Position numbers and translations under genes: made by a program. A DNA stretch of 64,000 nt from the IMG/VR virus record IMGVR_UViG_3300012956_000013. One strand, given 5' to 3'. The notes below the pieces were generated by a model, which saw only the letters and a list, made by a program, of their open reading frames with translations, ran no database searches and was not told the DNA's origin. This stretch comes from a virus. Taxonomy: Duplodnaviria; Heunggongvirae; Uroviricota; Caudoviricetes; Crassvirales. Within the stretch, counting starts at the first letter, position 1, and every line of letters begins with the position of its first letter. Shown piece by piece: positions 21,441 to 31,731 of the stretch.

Positions 21441-22331
21441 ATCCTTTTCTGTCTTAAGAACATTTGGATTTACATTCTTTCCTGCAGATTGTCCAAAAGG
21501 GGTAGTTCTTAAGTTAGCAGGAGAATCTAATTCCTTCTCATCTCCAAACATATTATAAGCAATCATCATAGCTTCATTATATTGAGCCTCGTCTTCCATG
21601 ATTCTTCTCTGTCTTGCAATATCTTGTAATTGAGATTGCTGCCTTGTTTCATTTTCAGCAATTTGTAATTCTCTTTGTTCTAACATTTTAGCTTGTTCAG
21701 ACTGCTCTTTTATTTGTTCTTCCTCATCATCTCCTTCAAATAAGAAGTTAAATAACTGCTGAGGTGTCATACCACCCTTTTGATATGGATTTCCTCCCTT
21801 TTTAAGGGACCACCTTCTTATAGGAGTTGGGATAGACTCTCCCTTTTCAACATATGGATGTCTTACATTCTTTCCCCACTCATCTGCCTCCTGCCAAGTT
21901 TTGAATGGACCACCAAGATGGTCACCAGTACGAAGGAACTCCAAATATGGATTATCAAGAGGTCTTCCATATTTCATTGATGGTATTAAATAAGCAGGTT
22001 CCCCATTTTCTCCTCCAATAGATGTAGCCAACTCTGAGGAATTTGATAAATATGGACCAATTCCTTTAGGCAACTTTTTATCATTTGGTTCTAGAAAGTG
22101 TAATCCACCTACTTGCATTGGTACTTCTCTAACAATATCTCCCTCAAACTTATACGGATTCTTTCTGCCAGCCTTCATTTTCTTCTTGTTTCCCTTATTA
22201 TCTATGCCTATTAAATCCATATCAGTATTAGACATATCAATTAACCCTTCTGGAGTATGTATATCCAGATATGGATTTCCCCTAAATGGAGAATTATTAG
22301 AATAACCTAACATTGATATTAAATCCATCAT
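21150..22331 (-). CDS. Virion-associated protein with a C-terminal LAS/M15-type zinc peptidase (cell-wall hydrolase) domain
   Basis: C-terminus has SDHNTGDAQD (SxHxxGxAxD, Hx6D) and HVH (HxH), the zinc-ligand pattern of VanY/LAS D,D- and L,D-peptidases. The N-terminal part carries KKGGNPYQKGG motifs. Confidence 0.6.
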   Translation of the reverse strand: MMDLISMLGYSNNSPFRGNPYLDIHTPEGLIDMSNTDMDLIGIDNKGNKKKMKAGRKNPYKFEGDIVREVPMQVGGLHFLEPNDKKLPKGIGPYLSNSSELATSIGGENGEPAYLIPSMKYGRPLDNPYLEFLRTGDHLGGPFKTWQEADEWGKNVRHPYVEKGESIPTPIRRWSLKKGGNPYQKGGMTPQQLFNFLFEGDDEEEQIKEQSEQAKMLEQRELQIAENETRQQSQLQDIARQRRIMEDEAQYNEAMMIAYNMFGDEKELDSPANLRTTPFGQSAGKNVNPNVLKTEKDIFSEFKGITNLGIWGDEKHKQRISDHNTGDAQDFGISNSVETGNKIAQKLMTEAKQRNVKYIIFNGKIWNPSISNEWRPYSGKNPHSTHVHVSYNR

Positions 22332-25300
22332 TTTCCTCTAAAATTAGTATGTCCCTTAGACATTGCTCCAAAATATCGTCTTTGCTTATCTGTTAACTTT
22401 TTACCATGAACTGTTCCATCATGGAGTATTTCTCTTGCTTTATTAGCAGTCAATCCACCTTCCTTCATTCTTCTATACTTAGATGTACCTAATCTTCCCA
22501 TTTGCAAGAGCTTTGGTAGGATATTTCCCATTATCATCATTTTATCAATCTCATACCCACCCTTCTTCATTTTTAATGTTCCTGTTGCAGTAGCCTGATT
22601 ACCAGTAGATTGTATAGAAGTAGTAGCTTGTTTATCAGCAAAATTTCTTAGTAAGTTTTCATCAGGAAAATATATTACCTTTTGTTCATTATACTTTCCT
22701 GTGGGGTATGTATAGGAATAATTAGTAGGTTTAGTATTGTCATAAACAGCTTGCTGTAAATCTGGAGCACTTGGAGTAGGCATTCTTCCATTTGAGAAAT
22801 CTACTAAATCTGTCTTTCTTGGAATAGGTATTGGTTTTTCAAATTTAGGTTCTTGTGGTTGAGGTGTTCCTACTGGTTTCTTAAATGCAGGTATTTCACC
22901 TTCTATTCTATAACGACCGATAGGTCTTATTCCTGTTTTTTTAGCATTCACATTTGGAAGTTGCTTTACATTCTGTTGTGGTTTCTGATATACTATTGGT
23001 TGTACTGGTTTTTTAAAATTTCCAGAAATCCATTGGTAATCTGTCTCTCCATCGTTTTTTCTACCCGGATGAAGATAATCATTATGTAAAATCTCTATTG
23101 GTTTAATTTTTCCTGTAAACTCTTTATCCAAAGCAGGATTTTGACCATATTTATAACGATGTTCTTTTTTTGCTATTTCAGGTCTTCTACTTTTTAAAGA
23201 TTGATAATCTGCTTCCATTCTTTGTCCTGAATTATATAGATTCAAACTATCATTATAAGCTCTTAAACGAGGGTCTTTAGGGTCGTTTGTAATAATAGGC
23301 TTCCTTTCAGAAGGTTTTTTATATACTACTGGTTGTTGGTCTTTTACCAATATTTGTCCTTTTGAATTAGGAGTGTTAGTTCCATTTGGAATACTCTTTT
23401 GATATACTACTGGTTGTACTGGTTTTTTATACCTTTGTATATCATATCCAATAAAATTTGCTTGCCCAGATTTTTCAGAAAATGATTTTATAAATTTGGC
23501 TGCTTTATCATAATCAGCTTCAGATTTATACTTACTTTCTTTTCTTGTATAAGTTTCAGTTGCTGTAGGTTGTATTTTTTTATTATACAACGCAGTAATT
23601 TGTGGTAAGCCATTATCTCCAATTTGATTATAAGAAAAATCATTACTTACAGTTTTTAACTGTATAGGATTATTAGGATTAGTGATTTTATAGGAACCTG
23701 ATTTACTAACTCTTACTGGTGGTTTAACTTCTACATTATTTACAAACTTACCATTACTTAATATAATATTCTTATTAGTAGAATAGTTATTATATAAACT
23801 CAAACTATCATTATAAGCCCTTAAACGAGGGTCATTAGGGTTATCTGTATAGATTGGGGCACGTCCGCCCTTCTGCATTCTTCCTTTATCATCTAATTTA
23901 CCATCTCCCATATCCATCTGAGCGTCATTAGTATACTTATTATAGTCCTTGATTATTGTCTTTAGATTACCACCCTTCTGCATATATAGATTATATGGAT
24001 TAGGTTGAAAATCATCAGTGGGCATAGGGTTCATTTGACCTAATGCAGTTTGCTGCATCCAATCATATCTATTTTGTCTTCCCCTCTCTACCATTCCACT
24101 CAACCATGATGTTCCACTTCTTAGTCCTCTGAATGACCAGTATGGGTCTATTTTAGATGTTTCTTTCTGGTCAGGACTTGTTTCAACAGGACCTGTTTCA
24201 ACAGGACCTCTATCCATAGGATTAGAGTCTGTTCCTTCATTTCCAGTAGTTTTAAACATATTAGTAGGAAGACCTTTCTGTCTTCTTCCTAAGAAATCTT
24301 TCAATCCTTTAAGACCTTGTGCCTCTGGGTCATATGTAGATTGTACCCAGTTGTCCATAGCAGACTGGTATCCTTCATAGTCATCCATATAATCCTCTGA
24401 TTTCGGAGGAAATCCTGCGGTTTGCATCTTTGGTTGACTACCACCTGTTTGCATTTTTGGTCTGTATTTCATATTTATTTGTCCTCCTTCCTTAAACCCC
24501 TTTTTAGGTGTTTCTTCTTGTTGACTTAAAAAATTCCCAACTATTGGGGCAGCAAGTGCTCCTGCTGATAATCCTTTTGTATATGTATTTGTATGTGCTC
24601 TTGATTTATTTTTCCATTCACTAGGAGTTATACGTATGCTCTCTAATGGTTCTAATATCTTTTGTCCCGGAGTACCTAAGTGAATATAGTGAGCATATCT
24701 TTCAGTCATATCAAACTCAGGGTAATTTTTGGAAAAATACTCCTTCAAAGCATCATTATATAATTTTGTTCTCTGTGACTGCATATTTAATAATTTCTCC
24801 CTTATTGGTTGTTGTGCATCCCAAGAAAGATTATTTAACTTATCCCCTAACCTCAACATTTTATTATCATACTCTGTATATGGATGCTTTTTAAGATAAT
24901 CAGTAAACTTTTTGGATTCTTCTACAGGTCTTTTTCCAAAAAAATCATTAGTTCTTTGTAACAACGAGAGGTCAGGATTTGTATCATGTTCTGTCTTAAG
25001 TAATTTCTTTTCTATAGCAGCTACTTCTGGTTGCAATTCCTTTTTCAGATTTTCAAACATTTGTTCATAAGCTTTAGTACTTTCATCTTGATAAGGAACT
25101 ACATTTTTATCCTTATGCTCCTTCCACAATTTACTTATTTCAGGAATTTCATGGTCAGCATCACTTAACTTCCTACCAATAATATGGTCTATACTAAATG
25201 GGCCATTTTCTTTGGGCCCCATATTATATTTCTGTCTTAAAGATTTATCAGCAGCCTCAAATTCATCGAGTTTAGAGAGTGCTATTTCTCTGTTTTTACC

Positions 25301-27103
25301 AGATAAATTGTTGGTAAACATTTCTCTCTGATTAGAACTTCTGCTATTTAATAATCTCTCTAAATTCTCTTTACTATCTCCCGGAATATAGTTATCATAG
25401 TAATCTAAGGAGTTTTTATTAATCCACTCTCTTCTATCAGATGAGGAAAAATCTGTAGGTCTTTTTGCCTTAACTATAAATCCATCTCCATATGTATATC
25501 CCTCAGCTGTAGGCATTGAATTAGATGTATATAAACCATCCATTCCTCTATCAAACACCCTGTTATCTAATCCTGCTCTACCATATCCTGTATTGATAGG
25601 TATATGAGTAGCCATGTATTCGGCAGCAGCTTGAGGGTTTTTCTCCCAATCTATTCCTTTTCCTTCCAAATGTCTTAGAATTTCTGGATTTCTTTTTTGT
25701 AGTTCGTCCCAGTTAGTAGAAACTCCCCTTGCAAAAGTATTATGTTGGTTAACTAACCCTTGTATAGTTTCATCTGTTACTTTAGAGTTTTTAGCTATTT
25801 CTTCTAAATTGTTAGGTATATCGTATCCAAACTTTTCATACTGCTGCTTAGTATATTGTAAGTCCTCTAAATTCTTTTTTATCTGTTGGGGGGTTATGTA
25901 GTTTTTTGCCAAACCTTCTCCATGAACATCTATAAGAGCTTTTTGCCTTGTGGACAATGGTTTAACTCCATCATTATGATAAATTGCTCTTGCCTCTTCT
26001 ATTATTGAATCTAGTTTACTTTTAGGAGCTGATATTGGTTGAGGTACTTCTTTATAACCTTTTAACCAATCCTTTTTTAGCAATCTAACTTCTTCTATTG
26101 GTAGATTAGATGCCTTACCTAATTCATCAATATTTCTAAATCCTGCATGTCTACCTTTAATAACTTGATTAGTTATTGGATTTACATCTCCTCTTGCATA
26201 CAATTTCTTTGATGTTTCAGCTACATAATCAGCTCCCGGATAATTACCAATCTCCCCTTTTGCAAAGTAAGCAACATCAGATGGTCTTGACATATTTATG
26301 TTTCCTAATTTTTCTCCGACATTAGCACCCTGTGGATTTGCCCTCAATAAACCAACCGCTTTTGCATCATTAAATCCCTGTTCTCCTAATGTTCTATAAA
26401 ATTTATCAGAATTTGGTTTAAATGCAAAAGGATTTAATTTATGAGCATTTGATAATATACCGTTTTCTGTGCTTTTGTTTATAACTTCTTTTACTGTATT
26501 TATACTTTTATTAGCCAAACCTACTGTTTCAGTAGGAGCAACATTCAGTAAATCTATACCAAGATTAAACAAACCTTGTCCTAATCCCGGCTTAACATAT
26601 TGATTCTCAGCGTCCATAGTCATATTAGCAAAGGATGAACCCGGAGAAGCTATACCTTTAGCTAAGAAATCTATAATACCATTTCCTGATGATGAGTTCA
26701 TAAACTCATTTCTACCTCTTAATATTCTTGTACGAAGACTGTTGTCATTTAATAAATCAGTCTGTTGTTCAAATGGTATATTTGGATTATAGTCAGGATG
26801 CATACTAATTCTGTGATTAGTTGCTTCCATTTTATCTATCCTATCCTGTGCAGAAGGTAATGTTTTATCATGAAGAGATAATGGTCTGGCTTCTTCATGA
26901 GTATAACCTACAGCTCTTAATTTCTTATATTTAGCAGCTTGTTTATTCTTTTTTACTTCTTCGGAGTCTTGATGCTTTACTGCTCCTAATTGAGGTTTCC
27001 TCTGGATAATATCTCCAGACATACCACTCTGATACCTATTCATCTGTTCTAAGACTTTAGGGTCAATTGGGCCTCCTTGTTGCATTTTACCTCTGTAATT
27101 CAT
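22328..27103 (-). CDS. Very large virion/cargo protein (1591 aa) with internal repeats and MQKGG motifs
   Basis: Long ORF. Repeated peptide units KKPVQP[VI]VYQK and NDP(K)DPRLRAYNDSL(S/N)LYN. Several M[QK][KTQ]GG motifs. Confidence 0.8.
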   Translation of the reverse strand: MNYRGKMQQGGPIDPKVLEQMNRYQSGMSGDIIQRKPQLGAVKHQDSEEVKKNKQAAKYKKLRAVGYTHEEARPLSLHDKTLPSAQDRIDKMEATNHRISMHPDYNPNIPFEQQTDLLNDNSLRTRILRGRNEFMNSSSGNGIIDFLAKGIASPGSSFANMTMDAENQYVKPGLGQGLFNLGIDLLNVAPTETVGLANKSINTVKEVINKSTENGILSNAHKLNPFAFKPNSDKFYRTLGEQGFNDAKAVGLLRANPQGANVGEKLGNINMSRPSDVAYFAKGEIGNYPGADYVAETSKKLYARGDVNPITNQVIKGRHAGFRNIDELGKASNLPIEEVRLLKKDWLKGYKEVPQPISAPKSKLDSIIEEARAIYHNDGVKPLSTRQKALIDVHGEGLAKNYITPQQIKKNLEDLQYTKQQYEKFGYDIPNNLEEIAKNSKVTDETIQGLVNQHNTFARGVSTNWDELQKRNPEILRHLEGKGIDWEKNPQAAAEYMATHIPINTGYGRAGLDNRVFDRGMDGLYTSNSMPTAEGYTYGDGFIVKAKRPTDFSSSDRREWINKNSLDYYDNYIPGDSKENLERLLNSRSSNQREMFTNNLSGKNREIALSKLDEFEAADKSLRQKYNMGPKENGPFSIDHIIGRKLSDADHEIPEISKLWKEHKDKNVVPYQDESTKAYEQMFENLKKELQPEVAAIEKKLLKTEHDTNPDLSLLQRTNDFFGKRPVEESKKFTDYLKKHPYTEYDNKMLRLGDKLNNLSWDAQQPIREKLLNMQSQRTKLYNDALKEYFSKNYPEFDMTERYAHYIHLGTPGQKILEPLESIRITPSEWKNKSRAHTNTYTKGLSAGALAAPIVGNFLSQQEETPKKGFKEGGQINMKYRPKMQTGGSQPKMQTAGFPPKSEDYMDDYEGYQSAMDNWVQSTYDPEAQGLKGLKDFLGRRQKGLPTNMFKTTGNEGTDSNPMDRGPVETGPVETSPDQKETSKIDPYWSFRGLRSGTSWLSGMVERGRQNRYDWMQQTALGQMNPMPTDDFQPNPYNLYMQKGGNLKTIIKDYNKYTNDAQMDMGDGKLDDKGRMQKGGRAPIYTDNPNDPRLRAYNDSLSLYNNYSTNKNIILSNGKFVNNVEVKPPVRVSKSGSYKITNPNNPIQLKTVSNDFSYNQIGDNGLPQITALYNKKIQPTATETYTRKESKYKSEADYDKAAKFIKSFSEKSGQANFIGYDIQRYKKPVQPVVYQKSIPNGTNTPNSKGQILVKDQQPVVYKKPSERKPIITNDPKDPRLRAYNDSLNLYNSGQRMEADYQSLKSRRPEIAKKEHRYKYGQNPALDKEFTGKIKPIEILHNDYLHPGRKNDGETDYQWISGNFKKPVQPIVYQKPQQNVKQLPNVNAKKTGIRPIGRYRIEGEIPAFKKPVGTPQPQEPKFEKPIPIPRKTDLVDFSNGRMPTPSAPDLQQAVYDNTKPTNYSYTYPTGKYNEQKVIYFPDENLLRNFADKQATTSIQSTGNQATATGTLKMKKGGYEIDKMMIMGNILPKLLQMGRLGTSKYRRMKEGGLTANKAREILHDGTVHGKKLTDKQRRYFGAMSKGHTNFRGK
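22985..23440 (-). repeat. Three dispersed copies of ctactggttgtactggtttttt (encoding KKPVQPVVYQK) within the 1591-aa gene
   Basis: Seen at about 22990-23030, 23320-23345 and 23400-23440. Confidence 0.55.
23231..23292 (-). repeat. Intragenic direct repeat copy A (about 85 percent identical to 23789-23850)
   Basis: attatatagattcaaactatcattataagctcttaaacgagggtctttaggg versus attatataaactcaaactatcattataagcccttaaacgagggtcattaggg. Both encode PRLRAYNDSL. Confidence 0.7.
23789..23850 (-). repeat. Intragenic direct repeat copy B
   Basis: See copy A. Confidence 0.7.
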
Positions 27104-30100
27104 TATCTAGTTGATATTAACTTCTTAATATTGAAAAGCTTACTAATGAATTTATTTTTTCCTGACTTAGCTTTAATAAGACGGAACTTTGTCCAGTAAT
27201 GTCTGAACTTCTTTCTCTGTTCTTCTGGTTTACTGATATCTATAGCAATAGGATTTACTACCTGCTTATATCCACTCTCATCCGTTGGTAAAAGATGATT
27301 ATCAGCTGAAGAAAATTCTCCTCTATCTCTAACAGCATCCCAAAACTGATTTATACGATATTTGTTTTCCTCTTTAGAGAACAGTATATCGAAGGATATA
27401 TTATTTGTTGGGTTTAGTTTAGGATACATTATATCATCTTCTGGATTTCCACTTCTGTATATGAGATTAAGAAGTGGAGAAATCTGCTCTGTATTATGAA
27501 CGATTAATCTATCAAAGTTCTCATGATGTACATGGAATCGGTCTCTTCCAAAGTTCTTATAATTAAATACCTCTAAAAGATATTCCATAGAACGAGGAAT
27601 TGAAACCTGCTGTCCGGATGATGATACAAATTCTATCTCAAACGGCATATCCTTTCCATAGTAATTGCAGAAACTATCAAATCTCTCATTATGCTTCCAT
27701 ACACCATTTCCCTTTACAGTAAGAAAATGATTGTCAGTCTGTATTACCCAATCAGGATGCCAGTCATGCCAGCTAATAAATCCCTTCTCAAGGGGTGAAT
27801 AAGATAGTGTCCAACTTATATCATTAAAATATCTAGTATCTCTTAGTGTTATTGTATTATCCTTATACTTAAATAGTCCCAATTCACTATCATATGAAAT
27901 ACTATCAACATACTCTTTCTTTGGTGAAAAGTCCCTTTTAGAGACATAGAATGTCTCATGGAAAGAATCAAACACTGTAAGATATCCAACTCCATTTATA
28001 GGATTCTCTACTTTTGGGTAGTTAGGGAAGTACTTATATAGAAATATTGGCATATAATTCTTACACCAATAGGACATTCCATTTCTTGTTATATCATCCA
28101 GAGACTCTGTAAATGAGAGTATTCTTCCCTGATTTGTTGATGGGTAGAATCTTCCCAAATGAGTGTTGCTAAATGCATAGCGTGAAGTACATGCTCCATA
28201 GTTATTATCTGTAGGCATTATTTCACGAGGGTCTTGTGCAAATAATCCACCATCTCCTATAGTGATTTTTCTACCTGATTGCTCTAACTGTAGAAAATCT
28301 CTACCCATAGATATATATGGAGAGGACTTAGAAAATAAGAATATAAGACGGTCTTGGTCTAACTTATGTATAGAAGTTAATTGACCAAAATCACTTTCCC
28401 TAAATGCAAAGTAGTTTGCTGGTAGGAAATACTGCCAGTTATCCACATTTTGCAGATTAAATGAGGGCAACGAATATATTACAGAGTTTGGTTGCTCTTG
28501 TGGAATTGGGTCAGCTGGATTAAAGTCATACCTTTGCTGTTGTGCAAATATCTCTGTTGTATATAAATCAGAGAAAGCACGAGAAATATTAAACTCCTCT
28601 GGTTCTAGTAATCTATCAGAACGGAAAATATCAGAGAGATTTCTGTTATTTTTTGAGAAGTATGGCATATCATTTAACTGCTTTTCTCTGAAAGAGGTAT
28701 TATAATCAGCCTCAACAAAGAAATCTAACCCAGCATTATTTGATAAGTACATATATGCATCGTCAACTCTTGCTATATTTTTTCCGTCATTCTTCTTCTT
28801 ACAATCAAGATTATATTTGGAAGTAGTTGTACGAGAAAAACGTGCAAAATTTACTACATTTGAACCTAATAATTCAGAAAAATCATACTTTGTAGAGTCA
28901 ATCCAGAAACGAGGATATCCTACATTTCTATATTTTCTATAGTCATACTCTACTCCATCAGGGTAATTAGTATTTGCTATGTTCTGAGAAAAGAACTGCA
29001 TTCTCTTTTGAAATTGGAAACTAACAATTATACAATCTCCGCCATATAATATTGGTGATATAGATACCAATTCATCTCCGAAAGACAATGGACAACTATG
29101 TATTGCTACAGGAGAAGATGAACCCAAGGCTCCGTACTGATTAGGATTTATAGCCTTAGATGTAGCATAAAATGCAGAACCTACAGATTGTGTAGTGTTA
29201 TCTGTTTTCTCACATAGCCCAAATCCGGATATTGTCTGTCTGGATGTATCCTTTGTAGATGGTGCTGCAATAGATTTATTTAACTCAAATAACACAGACT
29301 TTTCTCTATGTAAATTGTTAAATACACTACTATCTACGCTTACTACAGTTGATGGTAAGTATGTAGCATTTTTAAGCAATCTTCTTCTCTTATTACCATC
29401 ACTTACACACTTGGATTGGTTGAATATTGCCTCAGCATTATACTGATATACATAATCTGTATAACCAGTAAAGTTTCTGATAGTATCCATCGTTTGTTCA
29501 GATGCTCTTAATCCAGAAAGTGCACTATATGCAACTTTTAATCCTGCAGCAACAAGTACTTGCAATGATTGTAAAACTAGTTGAACAACTGCAGCAACTC
29601 CTCCAGCATCTAAAGCCGCTATAGCTTTTGTTACCATTTCTGTAAGCTGTCTGGGAGAAAGAGCTAATAAATCTGCAGCCGTTTTTATTTCTAAGTGTGT
29701 TGTCGAAGAAGTTATTATTTTCGGAGGAGAAGTTGGAACTGGAGGAGTTGGTATTTCAGTACCAATAGATGCACTAGAATTTGTAGAACCCAATAAAACT
29801 ATTGAGCTTTCAATTATTCCAACGGACGCTGATAACCAGAAAGCAAACTGGTTCATCAACTTTTGACGAGGATGATTATATACCTTCTCAAACTTTCCTG
29901 TTATAGTAGCTATCTCTTCACTCTCAATCTTTACTTCCTGTCCAAGAGAGTATCTTGGCTCAAATAATGTATGTGGAGAATAGAAATTAAACTTATCTGT
30001 ATAGTAATCCTTAAGAGGAGTAAAGTTGTTTTCTTTACCATTCTTATATACCGTTTGGGTAGATGATAGGAACTGGTCAGAAGATAAATCATTTACAGGA

Positions 30101-31731
30101 TAATTAGCATACATTACTGTTTGCTTAAATGTCTCGTCAAAATAGGAACGTACATTAGTCATTAATCCTCTAGCAATAACTGTTCCGTTACCTCCCTTTC
30201 TATCAGAACGTGTAATCTTATATCCTATAATATCTGGATTATCAAACTTCTCTATGTTCTTAAAACGAATACCAAGTATGTTCACATAAGTCTTTCCATC
30301 TATAACAGAATACCGTGGAACCTTACATTCGTCAGGCATCTTATGATATCTGATAGGTTTATTAGCACTATCTCCAAACATCTCTGGATTGTCTGGATAC
30401 AATTCAGTTGACTGAAAATATCCCATTTTACCTCTCCCTAATACTCTTCTTCCACAAGTAAATTCATTATTATAGGGAATCATTTTACCAGCAGTATTCT
30501 CAACTTTCCATCTGGGAACTTTACCTGTTTCTTCACAATCTGCAAACTGTTTGTCTAACTCATAAACATCAGCTCCTGATGCTGAAGATGTATCTGAAGG
30601 CTCAGCTCTCCTACCTGCAATATGATACTTATCTGTCAATTCACCAGTATTATATACTCCCTGAATATAAAAATCATAGTTCTCATCTCTGTAATATCCA
30701 ACATCCTCTCCTTCATTTTCATAATAGTCAGCTGATACTTGTTCTACCACATACTCAGCTTCTATCTTCATAGCCTTTAGTTGGTAGTTTTCCTCTGAAC
30801 GGGATACTAAATCACCTAACATCAGATAGTTTGAGTTTGAGGAGATTATACCAGCTTTTTGCCAACTTTTCTTTTGCACAACTAAGTTTCCTAAAGGAAT
30901 TTCCAAATATGTAGGATTAACAAAGTCAGATATAGATATACTTCTTACTTTTGTAGAATATATACCTACTTGCTTTGCCAACTTAGTAACACCTTTAGTG
31001 GTAGGGTCAATATATGTTCCAACAACTACAACTGCAAATTGAGAGAACTCTTGGTCAATATCTGTAATCTTTACTTCAATAGAATTTCCATTTGATAGAG
31101 AGTAGAGAGGAATTCTGTTTGATATGGATAGCCAGTCAGTAAATACCTGATTATCAATAACATATGCTATAGCTATAGAGTACATCCCATTTGGCATATT
31201 GCCAGTCTGTCCTCTTGATATATTAAAACATGGATGCTTTATTTTTCTAAATAGAAGAATATCATCACATGAGGTAATTTTATCTATATTCTTTAGCTCA
31301 ATTCTTCTTACTGGATTCTTTCTATCTGTAAATGTAATAATCGTGCCCTTTTGAAAATCCTTCTTTGCTACACCAGTTATAGGATAATCAAGATTGAATC
31401 CAAGACAGTCATCATTAAGTAGAGTTCTATATGAACATTCTACAGTATTACCTATACCTATCTCAGAGCTTATATTATTTGTAGAGAATATAACAACTTC
31501 ATCAGAGGGTAAAGTAATATGACCTACAATACTATAAGGTGCATCAAAACAAAGAGCATTAGATGGCTCATTTCCAATAGAACCCAAGTCTCCATCTTTG
31601 CTATTTCTTACAGCATTCCTTGCATGACTATATTGCTCAGGAGATAGAAAGCTTGGATTTAGGTCAGTGACCAATCCAGCTTTACCTGTCATATTTGTAG
31701 ATATATCTGATGTGTTTTGTAAATCTGCCAT
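27103..31731 (-). CDS. Very large structural protein (1542 aa), tail / muzzle-like candidate
   Basis: Long ORF between the capsid module and the cargo proteins. The upstream stop overlaps its start. Confidence 0.75.
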   Translation of the reverse strand: MADLQNTSDISTNMTGKAGLVTDLNPSFLSPEQYSHARNAVRNSKDGDLGSIGNEPSNALCFDAPYSIVGHITLPSDEVVIFSTNNISSEIGIGNTVECSYRTLLNDDCLGFNLDYPITGVAKKDFQKGTIITFTDRKNPVRRIELKNIDKITSCDDILLFRKIKHPCFNISRGQTGNMPNGMYSIAIAYVIDNQVFTDWLSISNRIPLYSLSNGNSIEVKITDIDQEFSQFAVVVVGTYIDPTTKGVTKLAKQVGIYSTKVRSISISDFVNPTYLEIPLGNLVVQKKSWQKAGIISSNSNYLMLGDLVSRSEENYQLKAMKIEAEYVVEQVSADYYENEGEDVGYYRDENYDFYIQGVYNTGELTDKYHIAGRRAEPSDTSSASGADVYELDKQFADCEETGKVPRWKVENTAGKMIPYNNEFTCGRRVLGRGKMGYFQSTELYPDNPEMFGDSANKPIRYHKMPDECKVPRYSVIDGKTYVNILGIRFKNIEKFDNPDIIGYKITRSDRKGGNGTVIARGLMTNVRSYFDETFKQTVMYANYPVNDLSSDQFLSSTQTVYKNGKENNFTPLKDYYTDKFNFYSPHTLFEPRYSLGQEVKIESEEIATITGKFEKVYNHPRQKLMNQFAFWLSASVGIIESSIVLLGSTNSSASIGTEIPTPPVPTSPPKIITSSTTHLEIKTAADLLALSPRQLTEMVTKAIAALDAGGVAAVVQLVLQSLQVLVAAGLKVAYSALSGLRASEQTMDTIRNFTGYTDYVYQYNAEAIFNQSKCVSDGNKRRRLLKNATYLPSTVVSVDSSVFNNLHREKSVLFELNKSIAAPSTKDTSRQTISGFGLCEKTDNTTQSVGSAFYATSKAINPNQYGALGSSSPVAIHSCPLSFGDELVSISPILYGGDCIIVSFQFQKRMQFFSQNIANTNYPDGVEYDYRKYRNVGYPRFWIDSTKYDFSELLGSNVVNFARFSRTTTSKYNLDCKKKNDGKNIARVDDAYMYLSNNAGLDFFVEADYNTSFREKQLNDMPYFSKNNRNLSDIFRSDRLLEPEEFNISRAFSDLYTTEIFAQQQRYDFNPADPIPQEQPNSVIYSLPSFNLQNVDNWQYFLPANYFAFRESDFGQLTSIHKLDQDRLIFLFSKSSPYISMGRDFLQLEQSGRKITIGDGGLFAQDPREIMPTDNNYGACTSRYAFSNTHLGRFYPSTNQGRILSFTESLDDITRNGMSYWCKNYMPIFLYKYFPNYPKVENPINGVGYLTVFDSFHETFYVSKRDFSPKKEYVDSISYDSELGLFKYKDNTITLRDTRYFNDISWTLSYSPLEKGFISWHDWHPDWVIQTDNHFLTVKGNGVWKHNERFDSFCNYYGKDMPFEIEFVSSSGQQVSIPRSMEYLLEVFNYKNFGRDRFHVHHENFDRLIVHNTEQISPLLNLIYRSGNPEDDIMYPKLNPTNNISFDILFSKEENKYRINQFWDAVRDRGEFSSADNHLLPTDESGYKQVVNPIAIDISKPEEQRKKFRHYWTKFRLIKAKSGKNKFISKLFNIKKLISTR

